A stretch of 64,000 bases of DNA. It comes from Vicugna vicugna (taxonomy: Eukaryota). Shown here piece after piece: positions 25,130-38,399 of this stretch. Position numbers and translations under genes: made by a program. How positions within the stretch are numbered: the first letter of the stretch is position 1; each line of letters opens with the position of its first letter. The DNA is taken from positions 2,666,911 to 2,730,910 of the forward strand of contig MU058531.1 of the NCBI GenBank assembly GCA_013265495.1. Direction: 5' to 3'. Under the pieces are notes generated by a model that saw only the letters and a program-made list of their open reading frames with translations, searched no databases and was not told where the DNA came from.

Positions 25130-27146
25130 TAAAAATTTTTAATTTAATTCAGAAATGCTGCCAGAATATTGAAAAGTATCATGTAGTGAGAATGCTGCTT
25201 CATCCTTTGTACAGACAGATCTCTCTGGGACTGCAAGATAATGAATAGTATCTCAAATTATAAGCCCTCCTGTTTGAAAGATTTTGAATAAGGCTGTTTA
25301 CAATCAGCATTGGAAGGTTTGGAAGATGTTTCTTCTATCTCCCCCCAGTTAACATTGTAGTTCCCCTAGCTGAGTAATTTATCCTGGAACATTAATGCGT
25401 AGGGTCTATTTACTTCTTAAGAAAATGTTCTAGCAACTCGTTTTCTCTTTTCTGTTAGAATCATTGAATTGAATCATCCTCTCAATGAACTCTTTTAAGA
25501 ATCATTAATGAAAATGTCAGTACATTAACAGAGTACCATGACATCCATCTAGATTTAAATATTTATTGGGCAAACAGGAGAAATGATGAAATCCCCTTAT
25601 GAAAATCAATCAAAACTGCCCCCAAAGCCTTGTCTTGTAAATAGTGTCACATACCAGCCACATTCACCCTCTCATCTGCTTTTTTGGCACTGAATTCAGT
25701 CAGCTGAGACCAAGCTACCATGTAAGGAACAGATTAAACTAACATCCATCAAGGTGAAAGATAATTATTACTTGTGTCAGACAACACCTGTTTTTGCAGC
25801 ATTCCTCAACTTAGTTAAACTGGAGACAGGCTAAACTTTCCACTGAATTTTCCATTTGACAGTTGCTCCAGGCGGTGTGTCTGCAGAACACCCTTGCTAT
25901 GTTTACATTTTTGAGGCAGATTAAAAATGTCATCTGTGAAATATAACCTGAAAATCTCAAACTGTAATATATTAACATATATAAATACAGGGACTGAATG
26001 GGACTCTTACTGAAGAAGGCAAGACCCTTCGCTGCTTCTTGAGCAGAAATCTTTCATCGTCCATCTTTTATGATGTTCAGTGTGCACTTGGCCACAGAAA
26101 TTCTTCATACTGCAAATCGTGGTGTTGTTGATCACTCTTCATTGACCGTTTCGAGAATATTAATCACTTCTCAACAGCTTCTGGTATTTTCTTACCCACG
26201 GAGAGTCAGATGTCAGGTGCCATTTGGAATACGTGAGCTCTGGGTCTCCTTGTCTTAGTCCCATTTCCATGGCTAGGATGATGTTTTTACCCGAGAAAGG
26301 AACCTGTGACCTGGGGCAAAAATCTGAAATGAGTTTTTTTTTCCCCATTGAAAAGTGACATTGGCGCGGCTCCTGCAGAAGTGGTAATGTCATTGCCAAG
26401 TATGCTGCTTGGGTCGCCCCTTGATGGAAAACAGGAGAACAAAAAGAAGAGGAAAGGGCCTGGTGCACCTCCAGATGTTTAAGCTGGGATACTTTTTTGT
26501 ACATTTTCCAAAAGAAAAGAACAGAAAAGGGAAACGTGGTGTCCCCTCTCTGGGGGCAGGTTATGGACTCTGTTGCTCTCCCGAGTGTTAAATCTTACTC
26601 TTCACATCTGTTCTGACTTTAGTCATTGTTTCTTTTGACATTTTTCAAATACAGGCTCCAGCCCAGCTGAAGGTAGAGGGGAAGGGGACTTGAGGTCTCC
26701 CTTTGATACAGGTGTGGACATTAAAGACATTTAAGATACTTAATTCTTAGATTACAGTAGTAAGTATGTATCTTAAAGCCCCTGTAGTCACCTCCAACTT
26801 CTCATTCTCATGTGCACTCAGATTCCAAGCTCTCTGATGACACCAGCGTCTGGTCCCTCCTTTTTCTTTTTTCTTCCCATCCCAAGCCACCCTCTTGCTT
26901 TTGTTTAGACCTTCACAGTTCCATACCTGGTCTGGTGTGGTAGCCCTCCAGCCTTCTTCAATCCAGCCTCTCCTCAATCTCAGTTTGTCTTCTGGGCACC
27001 AACAGTCATTTGTCCCAAACACAAGATAGAAGGTTACTCCTCTGTTAAAAGTGTCTAATCCCTTGACGATAAGTGGCTGCTTTTCTCATCCCTGATTGTG
27101 GCCTTCAAGGCTTTTTGTAATCTGGCCTCAACCTTTTAAATCAGTT

Positions 27147-27690
27147 GTATCAGTTGGGATGCTTTTAGCTGCAAGTAACAGAAACAGTGACTCAAACAAT
27201 GGGAAATCGTATTCCTTCACAGCATAGGCAGTCCACTTGTAGGGCCCACTTCATTCAGGTTGTTGGTTTTGGGGACTCTGATATTGGTAAAGAGCCAGGT
27301 TCTCTCCGTTTCCTTGCTCTGCTGTCCTTTGTGTGTTGCCTTCACCCTCAAGCTGGGGTAGCAGGATGGCAGCTGGAGGGGTTCTAGGCATCACAGTCAG
27401 ACTCACAGGCACAGATGAAGAGAGGAGCCCCTCCCAGCAGACCGCCCTTCATCTCTCACTGACCAGAACTTGATTCCTACCTACTGCCCATTCAGCCACT
27501 GATGAGGGGCTGGCATCACTCTCCGGCCAACCAGTCCCCTCCCATCCCCACGTGGGAGGTGGTGCCAGCTTCCACTGAGGCATGTGGCTTAATGGGGTAA
27601 GGGGTGGGGCCTGAACAAAGCAGATTTTGTTAAGAAAGAATCCAGCGGAACTGATGCTGGGTAGGCAACACAGTGTCACCACCAGGTTTT
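27147..27690 (-). mobile_element. MaLR LTR (MLT1J/K-like) inserted in an L2 relic
   Basis: 'tgtatcagttgggatgcttttagctgcaagtaacagaaac...gactcaaac...tgctgggtaggcaac'. Confidence 0.65.
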
Positions 27691-27832
27691 CTGGTACATG
27701 GAGGAGTTTACTGTGTCCCCAGATCTACCATGTTCTGCCACACTTATCATGGCCTTTGTTTTTATTCTCAAATACAAATGTATTTATATTGCTTCCCCAT
27801 TTTTTTCTGAAAATCTCTTCATCCTTTATGAC

Positions 27833-28244
27833 TGCATAAATTTCTTAATGCTACTGTAAAAAAAAATGACCATAGACTTTGTGACTAAGCAATGCAAATT
27901 TATTTTATAGTTCTGGAGGTCAGAAGTCTGAAGTGGGACTTTGGGGCTAAAATACAGGGGCTGGCAGAGCTGTGTTCTTTCTACCTGGATTCCTTGGCTT
28001 GTGGCTGTATCATTCTGACCTCTTGTACTGTCACTACATTTCTCTTTCTGATCTGCCTGCCTCCCTCTTAAAAGGACCTTAGTGATGACATTGGTCCCAC
28101 GCAGGTAATGCAGGATAATCTCCCATCTCAAGATCCTTAACTAAATCACATCAGCAAAGCCTCTTTGTGAGATAATGTAGGCACAGATTCTGGGTATTAG
28201 GACATGGACATCTTTGTGCAGGGAGCATTACTTTGCCCACCACA
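27833..28244 (-). mobile_element. MaLR LTR (MLT1C/D-like)
   Basis: TG...CA ends; 'agttctggaggtcagaagtctgaa...ggataatctcccatctcaagatccttaac...gacatggacatcttt'; 5-bp flanks atgac/aagac. Confidence 0.85.
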
Positions 28245-29984
28245 AAGACCTGGCACAAATGCCGCCTTCTCTGCAAGGTCTTCCCTGACTTCACTCCTGA
28301 AAGGCTATGGTGGCAGAAACAAAAAGAGATTGGAAGGAGGCAGGACATTTGCCAACCCTGAGGCATGGACTTGGTGCCACCTCTCCTGGCTGTCCATGGA
28401 AGGCTGGATGGCGAAGCTCTGTGGCCACGCTTCTCTCAGACCTGCTCTCTGGCTGTGTTCTCTTACTTCCCTTTCCCTGTTTTTTGACCTGGTGTTGAAC
28501 TTCCTTCAGGTCTGAGTCAAAGAGATTTTATACCTAACTCATTGTGGTTTGTGAAGGTGTTTGCTAAAGGAAACGAAGAAGAAATTCCATCCATAGGACA
28601 AAGTATTGGCTTTATCTGCCCCCAGGTTACAATGATTTTTCTAGAATGAGGCTTCTCTTGTGACCATATGCTGTCCTGGCCAGGCCTGGGTTCTGGTCTA
28701 TGGATAAAAGTGGTTCAGTTCACATCAGAAAGTCCCTCCTGTCTCTGTTTCTCTCTTTCTTAAATATTTATTGTGTAGCTGTGGTCAGCGTGGTGGTGGG
28801 GGGTACCATTGCTCAGCAGTGCACAATTCCCCTGAGACGTGGAAGATCCTTGTCAAGTGATTTGTTCATAAGTGTTCCCAACAAAAACCAGAGTGGATGA
28901 GGAATGAGGTGGAGGGTGGGGCCCTGCCAAGAGTAACTTTGGATCAGTACCCCAGGGACACTTTGAGACATGTAGAGCACTCCTGGGTTGTCCTGATCAG
29001 GGACATTTGTCATTGGTTAAGGGCTACCTCCAGAGAGAGATAAATTCCTAGGCACGTCTGACTCTCCAGGGCACTCAGGGAAAGCAATTCTGACAGCCTG
29101 AGGGAAGCCCTCCATTCCAAAGAAGCCCAGGTGCTGCTGGGAATGAGAGCCCAGTGAGAGCCAGTATTCCCAGAGACGGTATTGGTGTCCAGGCATTTCT
29201 GGGCAGAGCACTGACATCCTCTGCTACACCAGGGAAGACCCTGCGTTCAAGCATTTCCTCTTATGTGACCTGATATCCCCGCTGCCTAGCTTCTCACTAT
29301 TAGCCCCACTCCCAGTCAGGAATTCTGTGATGCACGTAGCCTCTGGCGAAAGCTGATCTTCCCAAGTTCAGTTGCCCTGAGTAGGCTTCAGGTCATGCCA
29401 TGCTTCTCCGGTTGTCCAGGCCTCGGACTCCGAGAGGAAGAGGCCTATTTCCTTTTAGAACCCTAAGGTTTCTTGTGCTGACTTTCTAGTCACCTCAGGA
29501 AAAGCCTATTTCCATCAAAAACTACTTCATTGACTGAGGATGATGGATGTATCTGTCTCTGAGGGATGCCAGGGTTCTGACCCTCTGTCTGTCACTGTAA
29601 GCCAGCAGTCGGCCAGCCTCCTGAGCACCCAGAGGGTAGAGGAGGCCATTTTGTCCCTGTCTGGTCACCTTGTCTCCTTGGAGGTTCTCCCGTCCCTTCC
29701 CTGTCCTTGGAGTGTGACCCAACTCTTGACCCCACTTTCTTGGTCTAGACTTCCTTTCCACTCAGCAGAGGTCAGTTCTGCATTTGAGGTAGATAATTTT
29801 ACCCAAAGCTTCTAACTCCTTTTCCCTGAGGCTCTACAGTGATTAGGTGCCATGACCCCTCCTTCCTTGGGTATTGATAAATGATGCTGTCCGCTCTGGT
29901 AACCCAAATGGAGGATGTTCCCAAATCACATCATTGTTTTAAAAAATGTGGTAGCTATTTTAGTGTAAACTGATAGATAGGTGA

Positions 29985-30330
29985 TAGTAATAAATAGAAC
30001 AACAGCTAATATTTGAGTATTGTGCCATATCCTTCACATGCATCATTCTATTTCATTCTTTTGTTTTTTTTTAATGGAGGTACTGGGGGTAGAACCCAGG
30101 ACCTTGTGCATGCTAAGCATGTGCTCTACCACTGAGCTATTGCACCCATATTCCATTTCTTTCTTTACTTCCCTAGTAATGCTACCAGGTGGAACTGTCA
30201 GTATAATCATTTTGGTGGGGAAATTGAGGGTAAGAGAAGTTAAGTAATGCCACAGAGCTGGCAGAGCAAAGACTTGAATCCAGGTCTGTCTGAGCCCCTA
30301 AGCCCATGTTCTGAATTATCACTCTGTATT
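29985..30330 (-). mobile_element. MIR SINE interrupted by a vic-1-type SINE
   Basis: MIR antisense pieces flank the SINE ('acagctaatatttgag...' and 'aaattgagggtaagagaagttaagtaa...gacttgaatccaggtctgtctga'). Confidence 0.7.
30062..30147 (-). mobile_element. vic-1-type SINE, short form
   Basis: tRNA-Ala head plus A tail only; TSD attctatttcattcttt (30045-30061) / attccatttctttcttt (30150-30166). Confidence 0.9.
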
Positions 30331-31204
30331 GCCCCTCACCTCAAAGTGAGGAAGGAGTCTCCTACTCAAAGTGGAGAACTTTGAAGAGGAATGGATAGAT
30401 CTGGCAAATGAGTGTTTCTTCAGAACTTGTAATTCCAATGGTGCTTAGTCACCCCACATATTAGATTCTCTACTCAAGAATTAAGTAGAAAGTAGGTTCT
30501 TTCTTCTAAATATCTTTCAGATGTGTTGGCCACCAAAGCAGTCTTCATCACCCCAAAGTGAGTCACTATGCACACCAGCTTTATTTCAGTTGTACGTCTC
30601 TGGAAGAAGGGCTTAGACCCTCCACATCAGCCCTCTTAAAAAGAGCTTTTTAAGCTCTTTTTTAAAACTACTGCTTCTGTCTCTGGTCAGACTGTGTCAA
30701 ATTACTACCCAACACTAGCTGTAAGGCAGGTTAAGAAGTAAAGTTGGTGTTTTGGTTGTTTTTTTTTAACCTTGGTATCCTTAATAAAATCAGCATTTTA
30801 TTAGGAGTAAGGGAATAGTTGAGACTGGGTAAGCAGCTCTCAATATCTGTTATATCCTATTCATATTTTCATTTCATTTTCCAGTTGAGAATTCATGACC
30901 CATTATTTCAAACAATATCTTGATTCAGTGTTCTAAACTCCCTGGCATCTACACTTTCAATACATCTGGATGTCCCAAAGATATCCAAACTCAATGTGTC
31001 CTCAGCAAAATATATCTTCTTCCCAAATGTATTCCCACTCATCTGAGTTAATGGCCCTGCTGTCAACCTAGTTATTCAGACCAGAAATACAGGCATCATC
31101 CTTGTTTATTCTTCAGTTCTTCCATTCAGTCAGTCACTGAACCTGTGATTTTGATTCCCTTTTCTCTGATTTCTACTTCTCTATCCTTTCCCTTCTCCAT
31201 CCAG

Positions 31205-33270
31205 CAGTGTATCAAAAGCATAATATATCATGATCAAAAAAGGTTTATGCCAGGGTTATAAGGATGGTTCAATTTTAGGAGATCTGTCAGCATAATTCAC
31301 TATATTAACAAAGTAAAGGAAAAATCATAAGATCATAGACTGAGAAAGCATTTAATAAAATTTTTCCCTGCAATTAAAAACGAACAATAAGAACAAAATA
31401 CATAGGAATTAATTTTGCTAAGATGCTAGACTTGTACACTGAAAACTACAAAATCTTGCTGAAAGAAGATTTTGCAGAAATAGGAAAGCTGAAATTCCTA
31501 AAATTCATATGAAATTGCAAAGGATGTTGACAGTCAAAATAATTTTCAAAAATAAGAATGAAATTGGAGGGTTTACACTTCCCAATTTCGAAACTTAATT
31601 CCCAATTCCAAAGTTATAGTAATAAAAAATAGTATAGTCCTAGCATAAGGATAAAAATATCGATCATTGGAATAGAACTGAGAGTCTGGAAATAAGCTCA
31701 ACATCTATGATCAGTTTATTATGACAGTGGTGTCAAGGCCATTAAATAAGGGAAAATAAGTTTCTTCAATGAATGGTACTGTGAAAACTGTACATCCACA
31801 AAGAATAGAACTTTGACCCTTACCTCACACCATATACAGAAATTAACTTAAAAGGGATAAGAGACCTAAATATAAGAGCTAAAACTCTTAGAAGAAAACA
31901 TAGAAGTAAATATTTATGACTTTGGATTTGGCCATTGTTTCTTAAATATGACACCAAAAGCACAAGCAACAGAAGAAAAGAATAGATACATTGGACTTCA
32001 TCAAAATTAAAAACTTTTATACGTTGAAGTACATTACCAAAAAAGTGAAAAGACAACCCACAGAATGAGGGAAAATATTTACGAATTATGTGTCTGACAA
32101 GGGTCTAATATCCAGAATATATAAATTAAATTATTTATCTATAATTAAACAACAAAAAGGTGGATAATTTAATTTAATTAAAAAATGGCAAATGATCTGA
32201 ATAGGTATTTTTCCAAAGAAGGTATACAAATGGCCAACAAGTATGTGAAAAGATGCTCAACATCATTAATCATTAAGAAATGCAAATTAAAACTACAATG
32301 AGATACACTATTTCACATCCACTAGGATAGCTATAATTAAAAAAGGGAAAATAATAAATGTTGACAAGGATGTGGAGAAATTGAAACTCATATGTTGCTA
32401 GTGGAAATGTTAAATGATCCAAACACTGGGAGAACAGTTTGGCAATTCCTTAGTAAATTAAACATAAAATTACCATATGACCCAATAATTTCATTCCTGC
32501 ATATATACCCAAAACAACTGAAAACAGGTGTTCAAGCAAAAACTTGTATACAGATGTTCTTAGCAGGACTATTCACAATAGCTAAAAGAAGGAAATGATA
32601 CAAATATCGATCAACTGACCAATGGATAAACAAAATATAATAGGAATTAGGCACTGTTACATGCCACAACATGGATGAACCTTAACATTACACTACATGA
32701 AAGAATCCAGTCACAAAAGGCAATATTATATGATTCATATCTATGAAAAGGAATGCTTTATTTTCATATGTATGAGAAGGAATATTATATGATTCTTTTG
32801 TGTATTCATCATACAAATGAATATTGTGTAATGTCTGGATATGTGAAATATCTAGAATATGCAATTCCATAGAGACAGAAAGCAGATTAATGGTTGCTGG
32901 GGGAAAATGGGGAACAACTTCTTACTGAGCATAGATTTCTTTTTGGGGTGATGAAAATGTTCTGGAACTAAATTCTGGTGATGTTTGCACAGCATTGTAA
33001 GTGTCACCAATGGTAAATTTTATGGTATATATGTTTACCACAAAAAAGCCCCAAAGCAAGCAAACAAAGAAACATCAAACTTTTAGTAAAATAGAACTTC
33101 CTTAAATTGATGAAAGGTATCTACTAGAAACCTACACTAATAACGCTTAATTATAAAGCATTAGATGTCTTCCCACCATAGTCAGGAATAAGCAAGGATA
33201 CCCATATCATCCCTACTACCACCATTGGACTAGAAATCCTAGATGATGCAATATGACAAGGAATAGAAAG
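31205..33270 (+). mobile_element. Nested old L1s: L1MB-like ORF2 3' half and 3'UTR (~31390-33050) inside an older L1 RT-region fragment
   Basis: Outer pieces encode contiguous degenerate RT motifs (GFMPG..GWFN / EKAFNK, then RQGYP..LEIL). Inner piece has degenerate ORF2 C-terminus (32392-32598) and L1MB-like 3'UTR. Confidence 0.75.
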
Positions 33271-35318
33271 TTCTTTTTGGATTTCTCAAACTGAAGTTTT
33301 TCAGTGTCCTCTGTGTAAAGATGATAATGAAAGTTTCAGCATAGGTGAATCCCAAAGGAGATACTGAAGTGAGAGAATAACAGGAGGCAAGATTAAACTT
33401 TGAAAAAATCTCACGTGTGTTGGGGATGGGGTAGAGAATGGAGAATAAGAATCAGGAAAGGACAGAAAAAAAGAACTAGCATAATATATTACCACAGAAG
33501 CCAAAGTTGGCAGTGTGGGGAGTTTCAGAAAGATTATGGATTCTATAAATTCTGTGGAGATATCGACAACAACCCGAACTGAAAATGCCATTTTCTCTGT
33601 CCAGTAGAGGTTATTGATGACCTTTGGGAAAATGGCTTCAGTGGAGGAGTAGAAACTGGCTTGAAGGAGAGATGGGGTATAAAGCAGCAGTGGTACAGAC
33701 TATTCCTTTGAAAGATGAGTGATATTTGGTAAACATTAGTGGTTCCTGAGATGGCTTGTGTGGCAGGGGATGGATTAGGGCTGTAGTTTCCCCATTAGCT
33801 CTATTAACTCTCACAAAACTACTCCAGATAGACAATCTAATAAAAAATTGTGCTCTTCAGAGAAGTTTCCGGCTCACTCTTCTAACTAGAATATTGTCAC
33901 AACTCACTCATATTGAAATTCTAGAGCCACCCTAGTTGAGAAATTATTTAAATTTACTTGTTTAAGCACATGCCCTTAGCATCTCTATCAGGGCACATGC
34001 AGAGCCTCGTTCTGGCTCTGAAGTAGTCTCTGTGCTTGGTGGTGAGTCCCCAGCTGCATAGCTGAGTCAGCAACAGGGGTAGACACTCACGCGAAGGTCA
34101 GTTGGAGGCAAGGCACAACCTCCAAAGTTTGCATTTTCATCTTTCTGCATGTTGTGTTGAAAACTACCCACTATTTGCATATTTTCTCTTTCTTTTCTTT
34201 TTTCTCTTTTCTTCTTCCTTTCTTCCCTCTTTCACAAGAGGTAAATTCATATATTGTTAATAGATTAACATTTTCCAGAATGATCTGTGTTGCTTATAAA
34301 GTGCCACATGAACAACCACCCCAGGTGGGTTACTGAATTCTGATCTTCATGTCTGCTTCAGTGCTGTATTCTGCTGTGTAGAATTTGCTTAAAATGCTTT
34401 GGTCCAAATGTTAGTTGTGACATATGATCCCAAGAGAAAAGATTGTGATAACTTCTTTTGGTCAAGAAGTATTGTGCCGTCTTTTCTATTTTACACAGTA
34501 ACTTTTGATTCTATTTATTCTAAGTATATATCTGGCACAGAATTCTGTAGTGGATTCCGTAGGTGAAATAGCCCTAATCTCAATTCTTCTCAAATGCTAA
34601 TAAATACATGCATGTTTACCTTGTTGACCTTGTACAGGAATATGCCTGTGGAATGCTCTCCCCACCAGTTCTCTCCTTATCCCATTCATCCGGAAATTCA
34701 TACTCATTCAGTTGTGCTCAAGTCGTCCACCTCTGTGATCGTTTCCCTGACTCCTCAGACTGGGTTGAGCTTTCTCCTCTTTATATGTTTAACTTTTCTG
34801 TAAATTGTATTTTGTTCTTATGATAGGTATGTTTGTGATGATGGCATTGGTATTATTGCCTCCACTGGGCTGGGAGCTTTTTGAGAACAGTCTGGCTCTT
34901 TATTTTCATGGCCCCAGAGCCTAGCTCTTTGCCCAGCCCTTGGTTGCTCATGGAGTGTTTGTTGAATTGGATTGCACTGAACCACTTATTATGGGGATAC
35001 ATGCAAAAGCTAAGGGAACTCTGGGAAAAGATTGGCCAGGACTCAGATTCTCTAGGCATGAGGAAAGGGTTTTCCTGGCAGAAGAAATAACAAGTATAAA
35101 TGCACGGATTTATGAAAGCCCATGCTTACTCAGAGAAAGGTGGGAGATTTAGTGTGATGGGAAGCTAGAGATGAGGCTGGAAAATATGGTTTGATCCTGG
35201 TGCTCTGTACCCTAAGAGATGTGACCTTCAGTAATAGAGGTCCTAAAGAGGTTTTTAAGCAAGAGAATGGCATAATTAGGCTCCCCCCCCACCCCCTCCA
35301 AAAAAAAGCTAACTCTAG

Positions 35319-35528
35319 AGCCCTAATGTAAATAGTGGACTTTGGGTGATAATGATGTGTCAATGTAGATTCATCAGCTGTAACTAATGTACCACTCTGG
35401 TAGGAGATGATTATAATAGGGAGGCTATGCATGTGAAGGGGCAGAAAGTATATGGGAAATCTCAGTACCTGGCTTTCAATTTTACTGTAAACTTAAAGCT
35501 GCTCTAAAGAATAAAGTCTATATTTTTT
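35319..35528 (+). mobile_element. Old L1 (L1MC/MD-type) 3'-end insertion
   Basis: 'ccctaatgtaaa...ggactttgggtgataatgatgtgtcaatgtag...aataaagtcta'; TSD aaagctaactctag (35305-35318) / aaaggtaactctag (35529-35542). Confidence 0.8.
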
Positions 35529-35554
35529 AAAGGTAACTCTAGCAATAATGGGCT

Positions 35555-36766
35555 TCTTTTTTTTAACTTTTTTTTTTATTGAGGAATAGTCATTTTACAA
35601 TGTTGTGTCAAATTCCAGTGTAGAGCACAATTTTTCAGTTATACATGAGCATACATATATTCATTGTCACATTTTTTTTTTTTGCTGTGAGCTACCACAA
35701 GATCTTGTATATATTTCCCTGTGTTATACAATATAATCTTGTTTATCTATTCTACATTTTGAAATCCCAGTCTGTCCCTTCCCACCCCCTGCCCCCTTGG
35801 CAACCACAAGTTTGTATTCTATGTGTGTGAGTCTGTTTCTGTTTTGTATTTATGTTTTGGTTTTTTTAGATTCCACATATAAGCAATCTCATATGGTATT
35901 TTTCTTTCTCTTTCTGGCTTACTTCACTTAGAGTGACATTCTCCAGGAACATCCATGTTGCTGCAAATGGCATTATGTGTCAGTTTTTATGGCTGAATAG
36001 TATTCCATTGTATAAATATACCACTTCTTCTTTATGCAGTCATCTTTTGATGGACATTTAGGCTGTTTCCATGTCTTGGCTATTGTAAATTGTGCTGCTA
36101 TGAACATTGGGGTGCAGGTGTCTTTTTGAAGTAGGGTTCCTTCTGGATATATGCCCAGGAGCGGGATTCCTGGGTCATCATATGGTAAGTCTATTCCTAG
36201 TCTTTTGAGGAATCTCCATACTGTTTTCCACAGTGGCTGCACCAACCTGCATCCCCATCAGCAGTGAAGGAGGGTTCCCTTTTCTCCACAGCCTCTCCAG
36301 CATTTGTCATTTGTGGCCTTTTGAATGATGGCCATTCTGACTGGTGTGAGGTGATACCTCATTGTAGTTTTGATTTGCATTTCTCTGATAATTAGTGATA
36401 TTGAGCATTTTTTCATGTGCCTATTGATCATTTGTATTTCTTCCTTGGAGAATTGCTTGTTTAGGTCTTCTGCCCATTTTTGATATATATTCTGGAGATC
36501 AAGCCTTTGTCGGTTTCATTTGCAAAAATTTTCTCCCATTCCATAGGCTGTCATTTTGTTTTATTTCTGGTTTCCTTTGCTGTGCATAAGCTTGTAAGTT
36601 TAATTAGGTCCCATTTGTTTATTCTTGCTTTTATTTCTATTGCTTGGATAGACTGCCCTAGGAGAGCATTTTTGAGATGTGTGTCAGATAATGTTTTGCC
36701 TATATTTTCTTCTAGGAGTTTTATTGTATCTTGTTTTATGTTTAAGTCTTTGATCCATTTTGAGTT
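35555..36766 (-). mobile_element. 5'-truncated LINE-1 (~1.2 kb), same lineage as the 22.8-kb copy, with disabled ORF2
   Basis: Aligns by eye to 22.8-24.05 kb; TSD aataatgggct (35544-35554 / 36767-36777); premature stop in the CCHC region, 1-bp frameshift, internal deletion near 36480. Confidence 0.93.
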
Positions 36767-38399
36767 AATAATGGGCTCTAATGGGTGGCTTTCATAAGAT
36801 CATTTCCTTTTTGTGCTCCAGAAATGAGGAGGGCTACATTTTCACTGGGTATTATGATTGTCAGTTGTCACAGTCCTACAAATCACATTGAGTCTACACA
36901 TTGTCTTCTGACCAGAAACCTGAGGTGAAAAGGAAGAGCTTAGTAGGGTGTCAGAAGTTTGAGCCCAGAAAAATAGATTTCATGTTTTTCAGTGGGAAGT
37001 ATTAAACTGGACAAGCAGAGGGCCAGAAGGACAAGGCTGTGTCCAGGAGCCACCTGGCCAGGAGACAACAGAGAACTGGAAGGGATGAGAATAAAGACAA
37101 GAGTATTCATGGAGTTAGTAGGTTCCCCAAGTGACCAGAAGCAGTTAGTCTCTTTTAGGATTACAGATGTGGACGTTTAATGACTTTCTTTTTTGCTTCT
37201 AAGGGAATTCTTGAAAAAGCAGTGTGGTGTGTGCTTTAAAACAAGTAATCTTCATTTTTAACCATTTCTCTATCATATCCTAGTTGTTTCTTTGTATGAG
37301 CTTCTAAATTTTTCCCATCCTCAATCTCCTAATCTGTAAAATGAAGATAATGACGCTTCACATAATGATGTAGGATTATTGTGAGAATTAGAAATAATAC
37401 ATGTACAAACATTTAGTAAAATGCCTGGAAGTAATACAGGAATTGCTATTATTCTTAGCCTGCATTTAAAGTTTTTGACTTTCCCAAGAGAGGAAGATAT
37501 ATTGAAGTCTCTTGTCTTTTAAAGACAAGGATTGACATGTTCACTTGAGAAAAACTATTCCTTTGCCAATTCAGGTTTACTAGAGTGGGTGGGTCATGGT
37601 TCTCATGCTGCATCTTGTCTGTAGAAGATAATGCTGGTGGCTCTGCTCCCGACTTGAGCTGCTCTGAGTGTGGAGGCCTCCACATGGTGTGGCTGTGGGA
37701 GGCCTGGCCTTTGGTTTTGTGTGTGCCCAGTGTCTGCTGAGGCTGCTCCTATTTGTGGCTTGGCCTCTCTGCTTCCTACTCCGCCTATGAGGAGCCACAC
37801 TGTCTGTTCTAGGAGCCAAGCCTGTCTGCTACTGCTGGTTACTGGGAATCAGCCACTTCCCTCTTCTGGGGAAGCACATCATCACAGCATGGATGGCCGC
37901 CACTGGGAAATTTACCCTGCCTGAAATAAGGCAATTTCAAAGCAATATCGTGGGAAAGCAAATTATGAGCTGAATATTCTGTGTGTGTCTACTGAATGTG
38001 TCTTCCCAGCTCAGCCACGGTGGATACCATGAAGTCCTCCAAAGAGCCAGCTTATACCCAGGATTCTTGACATGGAACAAACTTTCCATAAAATTTAGTT
38101 TAGTTGAAAGTTGGATGAGTAATCAAATAACAGCAAGGAACAAAAATTCGTCTCAGGTGGGAAACTGTCTTTGTCTCAAAAAACCTTTCCAAGCAGAAGA
38201 CTAGATTCCAAGAACATGAGTTAACAAAGTCTAGGGAACAAACATGACAACCAACTTGGTTATCGTTATAATGGAACAGAAGAGAGAGAAAAGAGGGATG
38301 GAGAAAAGAGGCAGGTGGCAATTGCAGAGTAACTGAGAGAAGCAATAGGGTAGGGTGACAGGAGATGTTAAGGAAAGGAGTGTTTAATATTCAGTTTAA

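Noticed and set aside
30638..30662. 11-bp perfect inverted repeat aaaaagagctt-ttt-aagctcttttt
   Set aside because: Short and low complexity; too small for a pre-miRNA, and intrinsic terminators are irrelevant in this genome.
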